NCBI GenBank assembly: GCA_963555755.3 | Contig: OY820905.2 | Coordinates: forward strand, 4,128,001-4,192,000 | Origin: Nitrospirales bacterium | GTDB taxonomy: Bacteria > Nitrospirota > Nitrospiria > Nitrospirales > UBA8639 | DNA: 64,000 nt | Reading direction: 5' to 3' | Position numbers and translations under genes: made by a program | Part shown: in pieces, positions 50,843-59,450 of the stretch | How the letters are laid out: the number at the start of each line of letters is the position of its first letter | Numbering within the stretch: position 1 is the first letter of the stretch | The notes under the pieces: model-generated | Databases searched by the model: none | What the model was told of the DNA's origin: nothing | Seen by the model: the letters and a program-made list of their open reading frames with translations, nothing else

Positions 50843-51115
50843 CGGGGCCTGTTTCCTTTGCACCTAGCACCTTCGATTCTTGACCTGCAGAAATCTAGAC
50901 TAAATCATTCCGACACAATCTAAACGAATCCTTCCCTACGAAAGATGTTGTGGCCATTCATCCTGCGCCCGGTCATTCTCGCGGCATAAAGTAGAACGAG
51001 TTGCCATGGCAGCGTGAATAGCCTGTCCTCGTGGAAACGGGGACGGGTATCCAGAGTATTCAGCCCAATTGAGTTGCCCTTTTCCGACTCCCTTTCTAGA
51101 ATGCTTCTCATGGCT

Positions 51116-53989
51116 ATGAACTTAGTACTCCCCGAAAAGAAAACCGCGATTGGTGCTGACCTGCGCCGGTTTCTTGGGGCCAGCAAGGTCAAAGACGACT
51201 ACTCCACGCTACGTGCCTATGCGGTGGATGCCAGTATGTATCGCATGACGCCGCAAGTGGTGGTCTTGCCTGACAGCGAATCGGACATTGAGCATGTGAT
51301 GGAGTATGCGGTGCAGAAGGGCGTCCCGCTCACCACGCGTGCTGCTGGGACGAATCTCACCGGGTCGGCCATTGGGTCGGGCATTATTCTGGATGTCTCC
51401 CATCTCAATCGGATTCTCGAAATTAACACCCATGACAAATGGGCACGCATTCAACCGGGCATTGTCCTCAACGAGTTGAACAAGCAACTGCTCTCTACTG
51501 GCCTCATGTTCGGGCCCGATCCTTCGAGTGGTGATATGTGCAAGCTCGGCGGCATGTTGGCTAATAACTCGTCAGGGCCCCACACGTTGCGCTATGGGTC
51601 AGTCAAAGATAATGTATTGGCACTGCGAGTATGTCTCGAATCTGGCGGTTGGCTTAATGCTGGCGTTGAACAGATAGATAGCCATCAATGCCGCGCGACG
51701 TTCGATCAATTCGCCGGGCTTGAATCCGTGGTGAATGTAGTGCGTGAACATCGTGAGCTGATTCACTCCAAGCGACCGCGTGTCAGTAAAAATAGCGCGG
51801 GCTACAATGTGTTCGATATGGCAGCGGGGCTGGAAAGAGGGATCGTTGATTTCCCAAAATTATTCGTCGGAAGCGAAGGCACGTTAGGGATATTCAGCGA
51901 GGCCACGATACAACTGGTTGATTGTCCACGATCGACAGTCACCGGGATGATTCATTTCCAGCACCTCGAAGAAATGGGTGAGGCGGTTCATCACCTATTG
52001 AAGCTTAATCCATTGGCCTTGGAGGTCATGGATGGCAATACCTTAGATCTGATAGGCCGGTCGCAGTACAACATTCCCGGAGACGCTGCTGCGACCTTGC
52101 TCATTGAATTCGATCAAGATGGCGACCACGGCGGCATTACGCAATTACGTGAGGCGTGTCAACGCTATCGCCTTGCCTCCGATCCTGTCATCGCCACAGA
52201 CCCTGAACAACAACAAGAATTGTGGAAAGCTCGAAAAGCGTTGTATCCCACGTTGTATCGGTATGACGCGAAGAAAAAACCCATCAATTATGTCGATGAT
52301 GTGGTGGTGCCCGCGGAACGGATTGGCGAGTTGATTCGCTACCTGGATGCCGTCTTTGGACATGCGCAGGTCCAGTTGGCGATCTTTGGCCATATCGGCA
52401 ATGGCAATGCCCACATCGTGCCCTTGCTGGATGTCAATGACGAGGGTGATTTTCAGCGAATGGTGGAGACGTATTACGAGGTGCATCACACGGTTCTGGA
52501 TCGATTCAATGGCTCGATTTGCGGGGAACACGGTGATGGTCGGGTACGTGCCGAAATGGTCAAGCGGATGTATGGCGAAGAATTGTATGGTGTGTTTGTA
52601 CAGGTGAAGCAGGCCTTGGACCCGGCAGGGATTTTAAATCCTGGCGTAAAAATAAGCGAGACGTCCTTTACGGAACACATCGACTTTGAGCGGTTGGGGA
52701 AAGCCTGTGCGACGTGCGCGAAATGTAATTCGGTCTGTCCGGTGTACGATGTGTTTCAGTCGGAAGATATGAGTTCGCGTGGGTGGTTTGAAATTGTGAC
52801 CGACCCGAACTACAGCTATTTGGATTCCAAACGCGTGGTTGAAGCGTGTTTAAATTGCAAGTCCTGTCGAACGATCTGCCCGGCTGACGTGGATGTATCC
52901 GAACTCATTTTGCAACGACGAGCGGAACATCCCAATGCACTTGCCGGGAAAATCTTTTCTTTTCAGGCGCAATCGGCGAAATTTGAAAAACTGATCAAAT
53001 TGGCCGCGAGGACTCAGAGCCTGTGGGATCGCCCTGTGATCCGCCGAATGATTGATACGTTCACCCGACCCATTCTCAAGCACCTTGCCGAAAACGCACG
53101 ATTTCCCTGGAACATGAAGCTACCTCTGTTGGCCAAGACCTTATTGCGGGAACGCCATCCGGAGTTATGCGTCTTGCCTTCCCCCTCGCCCCTTCGGGGA
53201 GAGGGCTGGGGTGAGGGGGAGACCCAGCACGATAAACAAAAGAAAGTCGCCTACTTCCACGGCTGTGCCGCCAATTACTTTGATGATGGCGTAGGCGATG
53301 CCGTCATCAATGTTCTGAAACGATACGGAGTCACTCCAGATCTTCCGCCACAGCGGTGCTCCGGCACTCCCATCGAGACCTACGGGCATCGAAAATTGGC
53401 CAAGGAAGGTGCTCGCGAGAATCTCAAACATTTCAATGGGTATGAGACAGTCATCACTGGCTGCGCTTCGTGCACATTGGCGCTGAAAGATTATGCAAAA
53501 TGGTTCAAGGGTGAACCCGAAGAGGAGTTAGCAGTGAGGTTAGCCAAGAGGGTCAAACATATTTCAGAATTTGCCTTGGAACATGAGTCGGCGCAGCCTA
53601 GGCAAAAGAAGAGCCAAGTTACGAAAAGAGTCACTTATCATTCGTCCTGCCATCTCCGTGCCGCAGGTGTGACCAAGCAACCGCGGGAGTTGCTAGCCAA
53701 TTTGCCTGGGGTGGACTATGTGGAAATGCAAGATGCCGATCGATGTGCCGGTGGGGCAGGGACGTATATTGTCAAGGATTACGACACGTCTCAAAAAATC
53801 TTTCAACGAAAAAAAACAGCCATTCTAAAAAGCCAAGCCGAAGTCGTGGCCACGAGTTGCCCCGCCTGCATGATTCAACTAAAAAATGGCTTGCCCGAGG
53901 ATACGTCGGTCAAGCATATTGCTCAGGTTCTTTTAGAAAATATGAGCGAAACAAATCCGCAAAAAGTGGACGGTTCCTCCCCTTTGTAA
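51116..53989 (+). CDS. FAD-linked oxidoreductase with 4Fe-4S and CCG domains (GlcD/GlcF, D-lactate dehydrogenase-like fusion)
   Basis: 'AAGTNLTG', 'GSEGTLG', 'GHIGNGNAH', 'GEHGDG'; two CxxCxxCxxxC motifs; 'YHSSCHL', 'TSCPAC'. Confidence 0.9.
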   Translation: MNLVLPEKKTAIGADLRRFLGASKVKDDYSTLRAYAVDASMYRMTPQVVVLPDSESDIEHVMEYAVQKGVPLTTRAAGTNLTGSAIGSGIILDVSHLNRILEINTHDKWARIQPGIVLNELNKQLLSTGLMFGPDPSSGDMCKLGGMLANNSSGPHTLRYGSVKDNVLALRVCLESGGWLNAGVEQIDSHQCRATFDQFAGLESVVNVVREHRELIHSKRPRVSKNSAGYNVFDMAAGLERGIVDFPKLFVGSEGTLGIFSEATIQLVDCPRSTVTGMIHFQHLEEMGEAVHHLLKLNPLALEVMDGNTLDLIGRSQYNIPGDAAATLLIEFDQDGDHGGITQLREACQRYRLASDPVIATDPEQQQELWKARKALYPTLYRYDAKKKPINYVDDVVVPAERIGELIRYLDAVFGHAQVQLAIFGHIGNGNAHIVPLLDVNDEGDFQRMVETYYEVHHTVLDRFNGSICGEHGDGRVRAEMVKRMYGEELYGVFVQVKQALDPAGILNPGVKISETSFTEHIDFERLGKACATCAKCNSVCPVYDVFQSEDMSSRGWFEIVTDPNYSYLDSKRVVEACLNCKSCRTICPADVDVSELILQRRAEHPNALAGKIFSFQAQSAKFEKLIKLAARTQSLWDRPVIRRMIDTFTRPILKHLAENARFPWNMKLPLLAKTLLRERHPELCVLPSPSPLRGEGWGEGETQHDKQKKVAYFHGCAANYFDDGVGDAVINVLKRYGVTPDLPPQRCSGTPIETYGHRKLAKEGARENLKHFNGYETVITGCASCTLALKDYAKWFKGEPEEELAVRLAKRVKHISEFALEHESAQPRQKKSQVTKRVTYHSSCHLRAAGVTKQPRELLANLPGVDYVEMQDADRCAGGAGTYIVKDYDTSQKIFQRKKTAILKSQAEVVATSCPACMIQLKNGLPEDTSVKHIAQVLLENMSETNPQKVDGSSPL
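53177..53219 (+). repeat. REP-like palindrome inside a coding sequence
   Basis: CCCCCTCGCCCCTTCGGGGAGAGGGCTGGGGTGAGGGGG, read in frame as PSPSPLRGEGWGEG. Confidence 0.75.
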
Positions 53990-54064
53990 GAGGAGGTGAA
54001 GGTGAGGTAGAGTCTTATCCTTGAATATTTCTACCTCCCCTAATCTCTCCTTACAAAGGAGGGA
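53977..54064. repeat. Inverted pair of CCCCTT..AAG.GGAG REP-like repeats (possible terminator); related single copies near 15776, 33472 and 44419
   Basis: CCTTTGTAAGAGGAG..GAGGTAGA versus TCTACCTC..CTCCTTACAAAGG. Confidence 0.65.
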
Positions 54065-54105
54065 AACTTTAGAACAAGTATGTGTGCAGAAGAAGGAGTT
54101 CACCA

Positions 54106-54384
54106 ATGGTTACGGTAAGAGTTTTTGGGCAAGACTTGTTGCCCTGTGTGGAAGATTCGGAAATGGAGTGTGAGTTAACTGGGACGCCAACGGTTCGAGA
54201 ATTTTTAGAAGGCGATCCCGAGAAATTTGGAGGGTTGTTGGAGTTTCTGAGTAAAGGGGAGTTGATGGTGAGCATTAATCAAAAAATCTCAACCTTGGAG
54301 TCGAAACTCAAGGATGGTGATGTTATAAAGCTCACCCATCAATTTAATCCGACACTCGAAGGGGCGATGTGGCAGAATCCCTAA
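54106..54384 (+). CDS. MoaD/ThiS-like beta-grasp protein lacking the terminal GG
   Basis: 'MVTVRVFG...TVREFL...VSINQ...LKDGDVIKL'; RBS AAGGAG. Confidence 0.7.
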   Translation: MVTVRVFGQDLLPCVEDSEMECELTGTPTVREFLEGDPEKFGGLLEFLSKGELMVSINQKISTLESKLKDGDVIKLTHQFNPTLEGAMWQNP

Positions 54385-54504
54385 CAGGGCGTTGAAAAAA
54401 CCCGCCAGCTGCGTTCTCGGGCCTTTGTCGTGCTCACGTACTGCTGTACGCTCCGCTCGCCAAATCCCCTGCGGCCTTGCTGGACGGCCTTTTTGAACAC
54501 CCTG
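54385..54504. mobile_element. MITE family D copy
   Basis: TIR CAGGGCGTTGAAAAA / TTTTTGAACACCCTG; D-type interior; begins right after the TAA stop. Confidence 0.8.
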
Positions 54505-54650
54505 TATTGATAGTGGAATGGAGTCGTGATGAGTGATGCTCTCGTCACGTTTATAATTAAAATCCTCGCTATTCTCCCAGAAAGTGACCGAAAAAGTACA
54601 AATTGCCAAAAATGTTTGGCATGTGTTATACTTAGGTAAAAGAGGCCGTA

Positions 54651-54989
54651 TTGGGAAAAGCCGCTGAACCAAAAACCGTTGTTATCTATGAGGATGCGGC
54701 AGGCAAGCAACCCTTTGTCGAGTGGTTGGAAGGTTTACGGGATACCAAGGGTCGTGAAAGGATAATGGCCAGAATTGCCCGGTTGACTCAGGGCAATTAT
54801 GGCGATTGTGAATTCGTCGGCGATGGGGTGAGTGAATTGCGGATGTTTTTTGGTCCCGGCTACCGGGTCTATATTGGCGAAGCAGGAAACCATGTTGTCA
54901 TTTTGCTCTGCGGAGGCGATAAGAGCACTCAGGCACAGGACATTGAAACCGCGAAGGCCTATTGGAAGGAATATCAAAGCAATGCGTAA
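54651..54989 (+). CDS. RelE/HigB-like addiction module killer protein
   Basis: 'PFVEWLEGLRD...RIARL..GNYGD...GVSELR..FGPGYRVY...LLCGGDKSTQ..DI'. Confidence 0.9.
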   Translation: MGKAAEPKTVVIYEDAAGKQPFVEWLEGLRDTKGRERIMARIARLTQGNYGDCEFVGDGVSELRMFFGPGYRVYIGEAGNHVVILLCGGDKSTQAQDIETAKAYWKEYQSNA

Positions 54990-55302
54990 ATTACAGACAT
55001 TCGGGAACTATGAAGAAGAATATTTCCGTAAACACCCTGAAGAAATTGACAGCTATTTAAAGACGATTTTTGAAGAATGGGCTAAGGATGGAGATACTGG
55101 GGCCTTGCTGGCATCCTTACGGACGATCAGCCGAGTAAAAGGTGTGAGTGCCTTGGCGGAAGAGACAGGCATGAGTCGTCAAGGTATTCAGCATGCGCTT
55201 TCGGAAAAAGGCAACCCACGGCTCGAAAGCATCAATGCCATCATGCACGCCATGGGTTACCGCTTAATCCCGGAAAAGCTCGAGGTTCCCGCTGGTCGAT
55301 AA
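54982..55302 (+). CDS. HTH addiction module antidote protein (HigA-like)
   Basis: 'GVSALAEETGMSRQG...LSEKGNPRL..I..I..AMG'; overlaps the toxin stop. Confidence 0.9.
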   Translation: MRKLQTFGNYEEEYFRKHPEEIDSYLKTIFEEWAKDGDTGALLASLRTISRVKGVSALAEETGMSRQGIQHALSEKGNPRLESINAIMHAMGYRLIPEKLEVPAGR

Positions 55303-55416
55303 GTCCAACTCGAAGGTGAAACTGTCAACAAAAGATGTGCCCCATTTTTTTGGTTCAGGGGCCAACCCTGGTCCAATTAGGCTTCATGGCACTTTGGGGA
55401 GGAAAGCTTGGAGGAG

Positions 55417-56154
55417 CTACGTTGAACTTGCTCTTGACTCGACAATACGAAGAAGGTGGCTGGCAAGCATAATCATTTCAACGGCTTCAGGTGCTTCAAT
55501 GGGAACATGGCGATGGCTATGAGGATTTTTATAGGACCCAATGGCTCCTGAAAAAAGTTCTCGAAGAGCTGACCTTTCAGATTCAGGAAGGCTTAGATCC
55601 GTTAATGGGCCATCTTCTGAATTTAAAGCCTTTCGCATTAACTTTACGCCAATATCAGTATCCTCTAAATTGCAGGCTTGTCGAACCGCAACCTCCACCT
55701 CCTTGAAGGCCTAAAAAACAGCCGTGTCATACTCACCACGGATAAATTGAGACCACACCTTGTGAGCGATTAGGGGATGAAGGATCCCTTTAGGAAGCAG
55801 ATTGGCACTACGAAAAGTTTGAAGATCAACGCGGCTTTTAATTTGTTGCCCTCTTCTCGTTATGAAAACCCACTCCTCAGATTCTTGCGGCCTCGGAGCC
55901 AGTAACCCTTCCCTTTCTAACCACCGCCAGGCTTCTGTTAGGGCACACATTATTGCTTGGTGCTTTTCCTTTGGATATTTGGCAATTCTATCGGAATGTA
56001 TGTAGTGTTGACGGTTTAGGATATCTTCTGCGCGATTTGGTGATTGCTTACCTAGAGAATTTAAATGCTCTAGCACATAACCAGCCAGTTCCTCAGGCTC
56101 CAATGCCAGAAGATGTTCATGGTCAGGAAGAATTGAATGGAGACTTCGACTCAT
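55417..56154 (-). pseudogene. TIGR02391/Ymh-like protein with an in-frame TAG at 55711-55713
   Basis: The two ORFs are in one frame: 'LHPLI...GEYDTAVF*AFKEVEVAVR...LFSGAIGSYKNPHSH'. Confidence 0.8.
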
Positions 56155-56277
56155 TTTTTCTTTTATAGTGGTTTAAGCAAAAGACTTATAACCCGATCGC
56201 ATGTTAGTTACCCCGTTCCTGTATTCGCTTTCTTACATCCCAAGCGTAGCCTTCTAAATCAACTTTAATGGGCTAGG

Positions 56278-58083
56278 TCAAGATCTATGATCGGTAGAAT
56301 TTATTCCATCATAGGTATGAGTGATGACACCTGCCTCAATTAACTCCTGGAGTGAAGGAAACCACATGTCATCCCCTGATATACTAAACGCTTTCTCAAC
56401 GAAGTCCTTTTTAATTCCTGCCTCCAAAAATAGACGTTTAGTTTTTTCGTCTTCCCCTTTTATCCAACGGTATGGCATGCCAGTGAACCAACTCTGGTGA
56501 AATCCCAGTTGTGACCCTGTTTTTAAAATGCGCTCTCTTCCTGCTATGAATGCATCCGTGCAAGCACTAAAACATCCAGTTTCTGTATAAGTTGAAAGTT
56601 GCCTTCCCTTTATGAAAAAGTGCAACCTTCTACCTTCCAAGGCATATCCTCCATCGCTGTTTAAGCGTACTAGCCATACATTAGGCGCACTATTTAACTC
56701 CAATTCGAGTTTTTTGGTTAGACCAAAAGCAATATGTCCATCTATAATAATTTCACTTTTATCCGCGTTGAGAGTAATTTTGGGGTCTCTAATATCATCG
56801 AGGCCAAGTGAAATTTTTGCGGAATCAACTAACGCGGGAATCAATGCAATATTGTAAATGCTCACCAGAAAAATTAATACTTGTGCCAATCTTGCCCAAG
56901 CGACCCTCCCCCTATTCCTAATATAATTTTGGGCTGCACGCCATAGTCCAACAATTTGCCAAATAAAAACGATTAAATTGAAACAAATAAGTGCATTTAA
57001 AATATGAAAATATATAATGGAAGATTCTTCATCTACTCCACTACTTTCAAGCAAAACATAGGTTAAAGAAAATGCAATGTTTAAACCAAAGTAGTTAAGC
57101 CAAAAACTCTTTGCGAGAGACAACTCACCACGCCAGTGCCTTATCAGATAGTTCGCACCTGTCTTTTCAGAGCCATTCCCAGAAGTTGGTATTAGATAGG
57201 AGAAGCCCCAGCCCAGTGCAGCTGCACCCATTGTTAAAAAACCTCCGGCTAGCCAAGACCCAAAAAGATCTCCCCAGGTTGCGCCCTGATACGCAGAAAA
57301 AGGCAGGACGGTGACAAGTACAATTAGACGTACCAATACCCCCGTAGCGAGGGTAGTTTCCAGTGCCCATGGCTTTCCCCGATTACCGGCATGAGCGAAG
57401 ATGAGTAGGTACCACGCAAACTCGCTCAGCCAGAAAGTGGGCACTGTACCCATGACTTCACGGAACCCCATGTAGCCATAAACAAAACCGATCAAAAAAT
57501 CTCCACCAAATCCCACTAAACCTGATTGAACAACAACCCTCCAATTAAGTGATTGGAATGCCGGAGCATGGTGCTCAGAAGTTTCAAGGCCCTTAGCTCC
57601 CATAAAACAAATTCCGACATAAATAATGTGTATCCAAGGAGAAACGCCAAGATAAAACTTAAAGATCAATTCCAATCCCGTCAGAGTAACTAAGGCGTAA
57701 GAACCCCATAGGCGTCTTTTAATTACGGCTATTCCTAGGGCAACAAAGAGAATTATTTCAGCAATAATGCCCACAGAACCCCATAGCCGATCGTAATCAA
57801 CTACAAACCGTTCTATTATGGATGCATCCCAAATACCTATAGAGGTTCCCGCAGCCTGTAGAAATGCAACAATAGCGGCTGCCTTCACCCAGGCTTGTTT
57901 TTTGTTTACCCTTTTAATTGGTTGCCCTGCCTCTGCTATAAACGAACTTGCAGGTGGTGCCTCCGTCTCAGGTTGAAATAGATAGCCACAACCGCATCGC
58001 ATTGCCGAATCAGGGTTAATTAGGCCGCAGCTAGGACACTGCGCCTGCAAGGTAGGTCCTTCTGGAAATAATGGGTCATTCAT
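56278..58083 (-). CDS. AT-rich multi-pass membrane protein with N-terminal zinc ribbon and C-terminal ClpP/crotonase-like domain
   Basis: 'CPSCG..NP..AMRCGCGY'; many TM segments; 'HWRGELSL..SFW'; 'LNSDGG...CFSACT.AF.AG..R...LGFH'. Confidence 0.7.
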   Translation of the reverse strand: MNDPLFPEGPTLQAQCPSCGLINPDSAMRCGCGYLFQPETEAPPASSFIAEAGQPIKRVNKKQAWVKAAAIVAFLQAAGTSIGIWDASIIERFVVDYDRLWGSVGIIAEIILFVALGIAVIKRRLWGSYALVTLTGLELIFKFYLGVSPWIHIIYVGICFMGAKGLETSEHHAPAFQSLNWRVVVQSGLVGFGGDFLIGFVYGYMGFREVMGTVPTFWLSEFAWYLLIFAHAGNRGKPWALETTLATGVLVRLIVLVTVLPFSAYQGATWGDLFGSWLAGGFLTMGAAALGWGFSYLIPTSGNGSEKTGANYLIRHWRGELSLAKSFWLNYFGLNIAFSLTYVLLESSGVDEESSIIYFHILNALICFNLIVFIWQIVGLWRAAQNYIRNRGRVAWARLAQVLIFLVSIYNIALIPALVDSAKISLGLDDIRDPKITLNADKSEIIIDGHIAFGLTKKLELELNSAPNVWLVRLNSDGGYALEGRRLHFFIKGRQLSTYTETGCFSACTDAFIAGRERILKTGSQLGFHQSWFTGMPYRWIKGEDEKTKRLFLEAGIKKDFVEKAFSISGDDMWFPSLQELIEAGVITHTYDGINSTDHRS

Positions 58084-58277
58084 GGGGGCGTAGAATTGCT
58101 TCGGGAATAGGAAATTTAAACGCTATTTTTGGTCAATCGGAAAAGTATCGTAGAGGTCGTGAGCTGTCAATCACACCAATCAGCGATCTGAAAATGGTGG
58201 GGCAGCCTGCGAGGGAAGGATGTCAAATCTTTTTTTGAGAATTTAGGAGAGCAAAAAATATTACAAGCTCATCTCAG

Positions 58278-58491
58278 CCTGCGTTGGGCGCGGCGGAGCT
58301 TCTGGGCCGAATCGACTTTTTTGGTGAGGGCTGTTTGAACGGAAAGGTGGCTTTGCACCTTGGAGTGAGTTCCCGAACCATCTTATTCGGGGCGGAGGCG
58401 GAGGGACCCCCTTGGGGCCGCGCACGGGCGGAAATGGTTTTGGTCCCTTTTGCCGATACAAAAGGGACTCGTCGTGTGGGGGCGACACCCC
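58278..58491 (-). repeat. Repeat family E copy 7
   Basis: E core plus the GAAAGGTGGCTTTGCACCTTGGAG insert shared only with copy 8. Confidence 0.88.
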
Positions 58492-58519
58492 ACATACTAA
58501 TTCTTTGAAACTATTTTTG

Positions 58520-58816
58520 TTACAGGGATGACAGATGCTGTGGGATATCCATGCTGTCATGGAGGATGCGGATAATTAGGATCTGATCAGCCTGGATCAC
58601 ATAGATAACGAGGTGTCGGCCATTATGGTGGATGCGAACGGGTGGGGTAAATTCTGGGCGTTCTCGGCCGATCAAAGGTGTTTCACCGAGTAACTGAAAG
58701 CAGTTTTCTAAATCTGAAAAGTATTTTTCAGCCTGTGTTTCTCCAAAGGTCCGAAAGCCATACCCATAAATCTCGATTAAATCGTTCTCGGCGTCCGGGG
58801 TGAGCTTATAAGGCAT
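58520..58816 (-). CDS. parE: ParE toxin
   Basis: 'YKLTPDAENDL.EI..Y...FG..QAEKY...GRER...H.VIY...IIRILH..MD'. Confidence 0.9.
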   Translation of the reverse strand: MPYKLTPDAENDLIEIYGYGFRTFGETQAEKYFSDLENCFQLLGETPLIGRERPEFTPPVRIHHNGRHLVIYVIQADQILIIRILHDSMDIPQHLSSL

Positions 58817-59060
58817 GTTTGGCCGCTTTGGCCTTCGACCGGGCCTCCTTCAAAATGTCTTGCATGGTTCGATCACTGATACCGTTTTCAATTCCCTTGG
58901 TAATCGCATCCTGTAACACTTTGATCTTTTCGCGATCCTGTTGATCGCGACGAATGAGATCTCTCACATAATCACTAGCATTGCCATACTGTCCGCCCTC
59001 AACTTGGGCTTCAACCCACGCTTTCATGGGATCGGGAAGGGAAACATTCATCGTGGCCAT
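58806..59060 (-). CDS. parD: ParD antitoxin (RHH)
   Basis: 'MATMNVSLPDPMKAWVEAQV..GQYGNASDYVRDLIRRD'; RBS AAGGAG; upstream TGGCAA repeats at ~59087-59112. Confidence 0.93.
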   Translation of the reverse strand: MATMNVSLPDPMKAWVEAQVEGGQYGNASDYVRDLIRRDQQDREKIKVLQDAITKGIENGISDRTMQDILKEARSKAKAAKHAL

Positions 59061-59195
59061 ATAGGAATCTCCTTTTCTTTTTAGTATGGCAAGGATTGGC
59101 AAATTTTGTCAATATGATTGTTGATAAAAATGGGGGTAGGGATGAGTATTGAGTTCTATTAGGGTTGCATTTCCCTCACTTGCTTGGGTGTCTTC

Positions 59196-59409
59196 CCGCC
59201 TTCGGGCGCGGCGGAGCTTCTGGCCCGAATCGACTTCTTTGGTGAGGGCTGTTTGAGCGGAAAGGTGGCTTTTCACCTTGGAGTGAGTTCCCGAACCATC
59301 TTATTCGGGGCGGAGGCGGAGGCACCCCCTTGGGGCCGCGCACGGGCGGAAATGGTTTTGGACACTTTTGCCGAAACAAAAGTGTCTCGTCGTGTGGGGG
59401 CGACACCCC
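59196..59409 (-). repeat. Repeat family E copy 8
   Basis: Direct repeat of 58278-58491. Confidence 0.88.
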
Positions 59410-59450
59410 ACATAATAACTCCACATAATAATTCTTGGAACAATTTAAAA

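Noticed and set aside
55711..55713. Pyrrolysine or programmed readthrough at the TAG
   Set aside because: No pyl genes in the window, TAG is used as a normal stop by several genes here, and a point mutation is simpler.
56161..56277. attC site downstream of the AT-rich membrane protein gene (AACTAAC..GTTATAA on the minus strand)
   Set aside because: Only about 10 nt separate the boxes, with no L boxes or stem.
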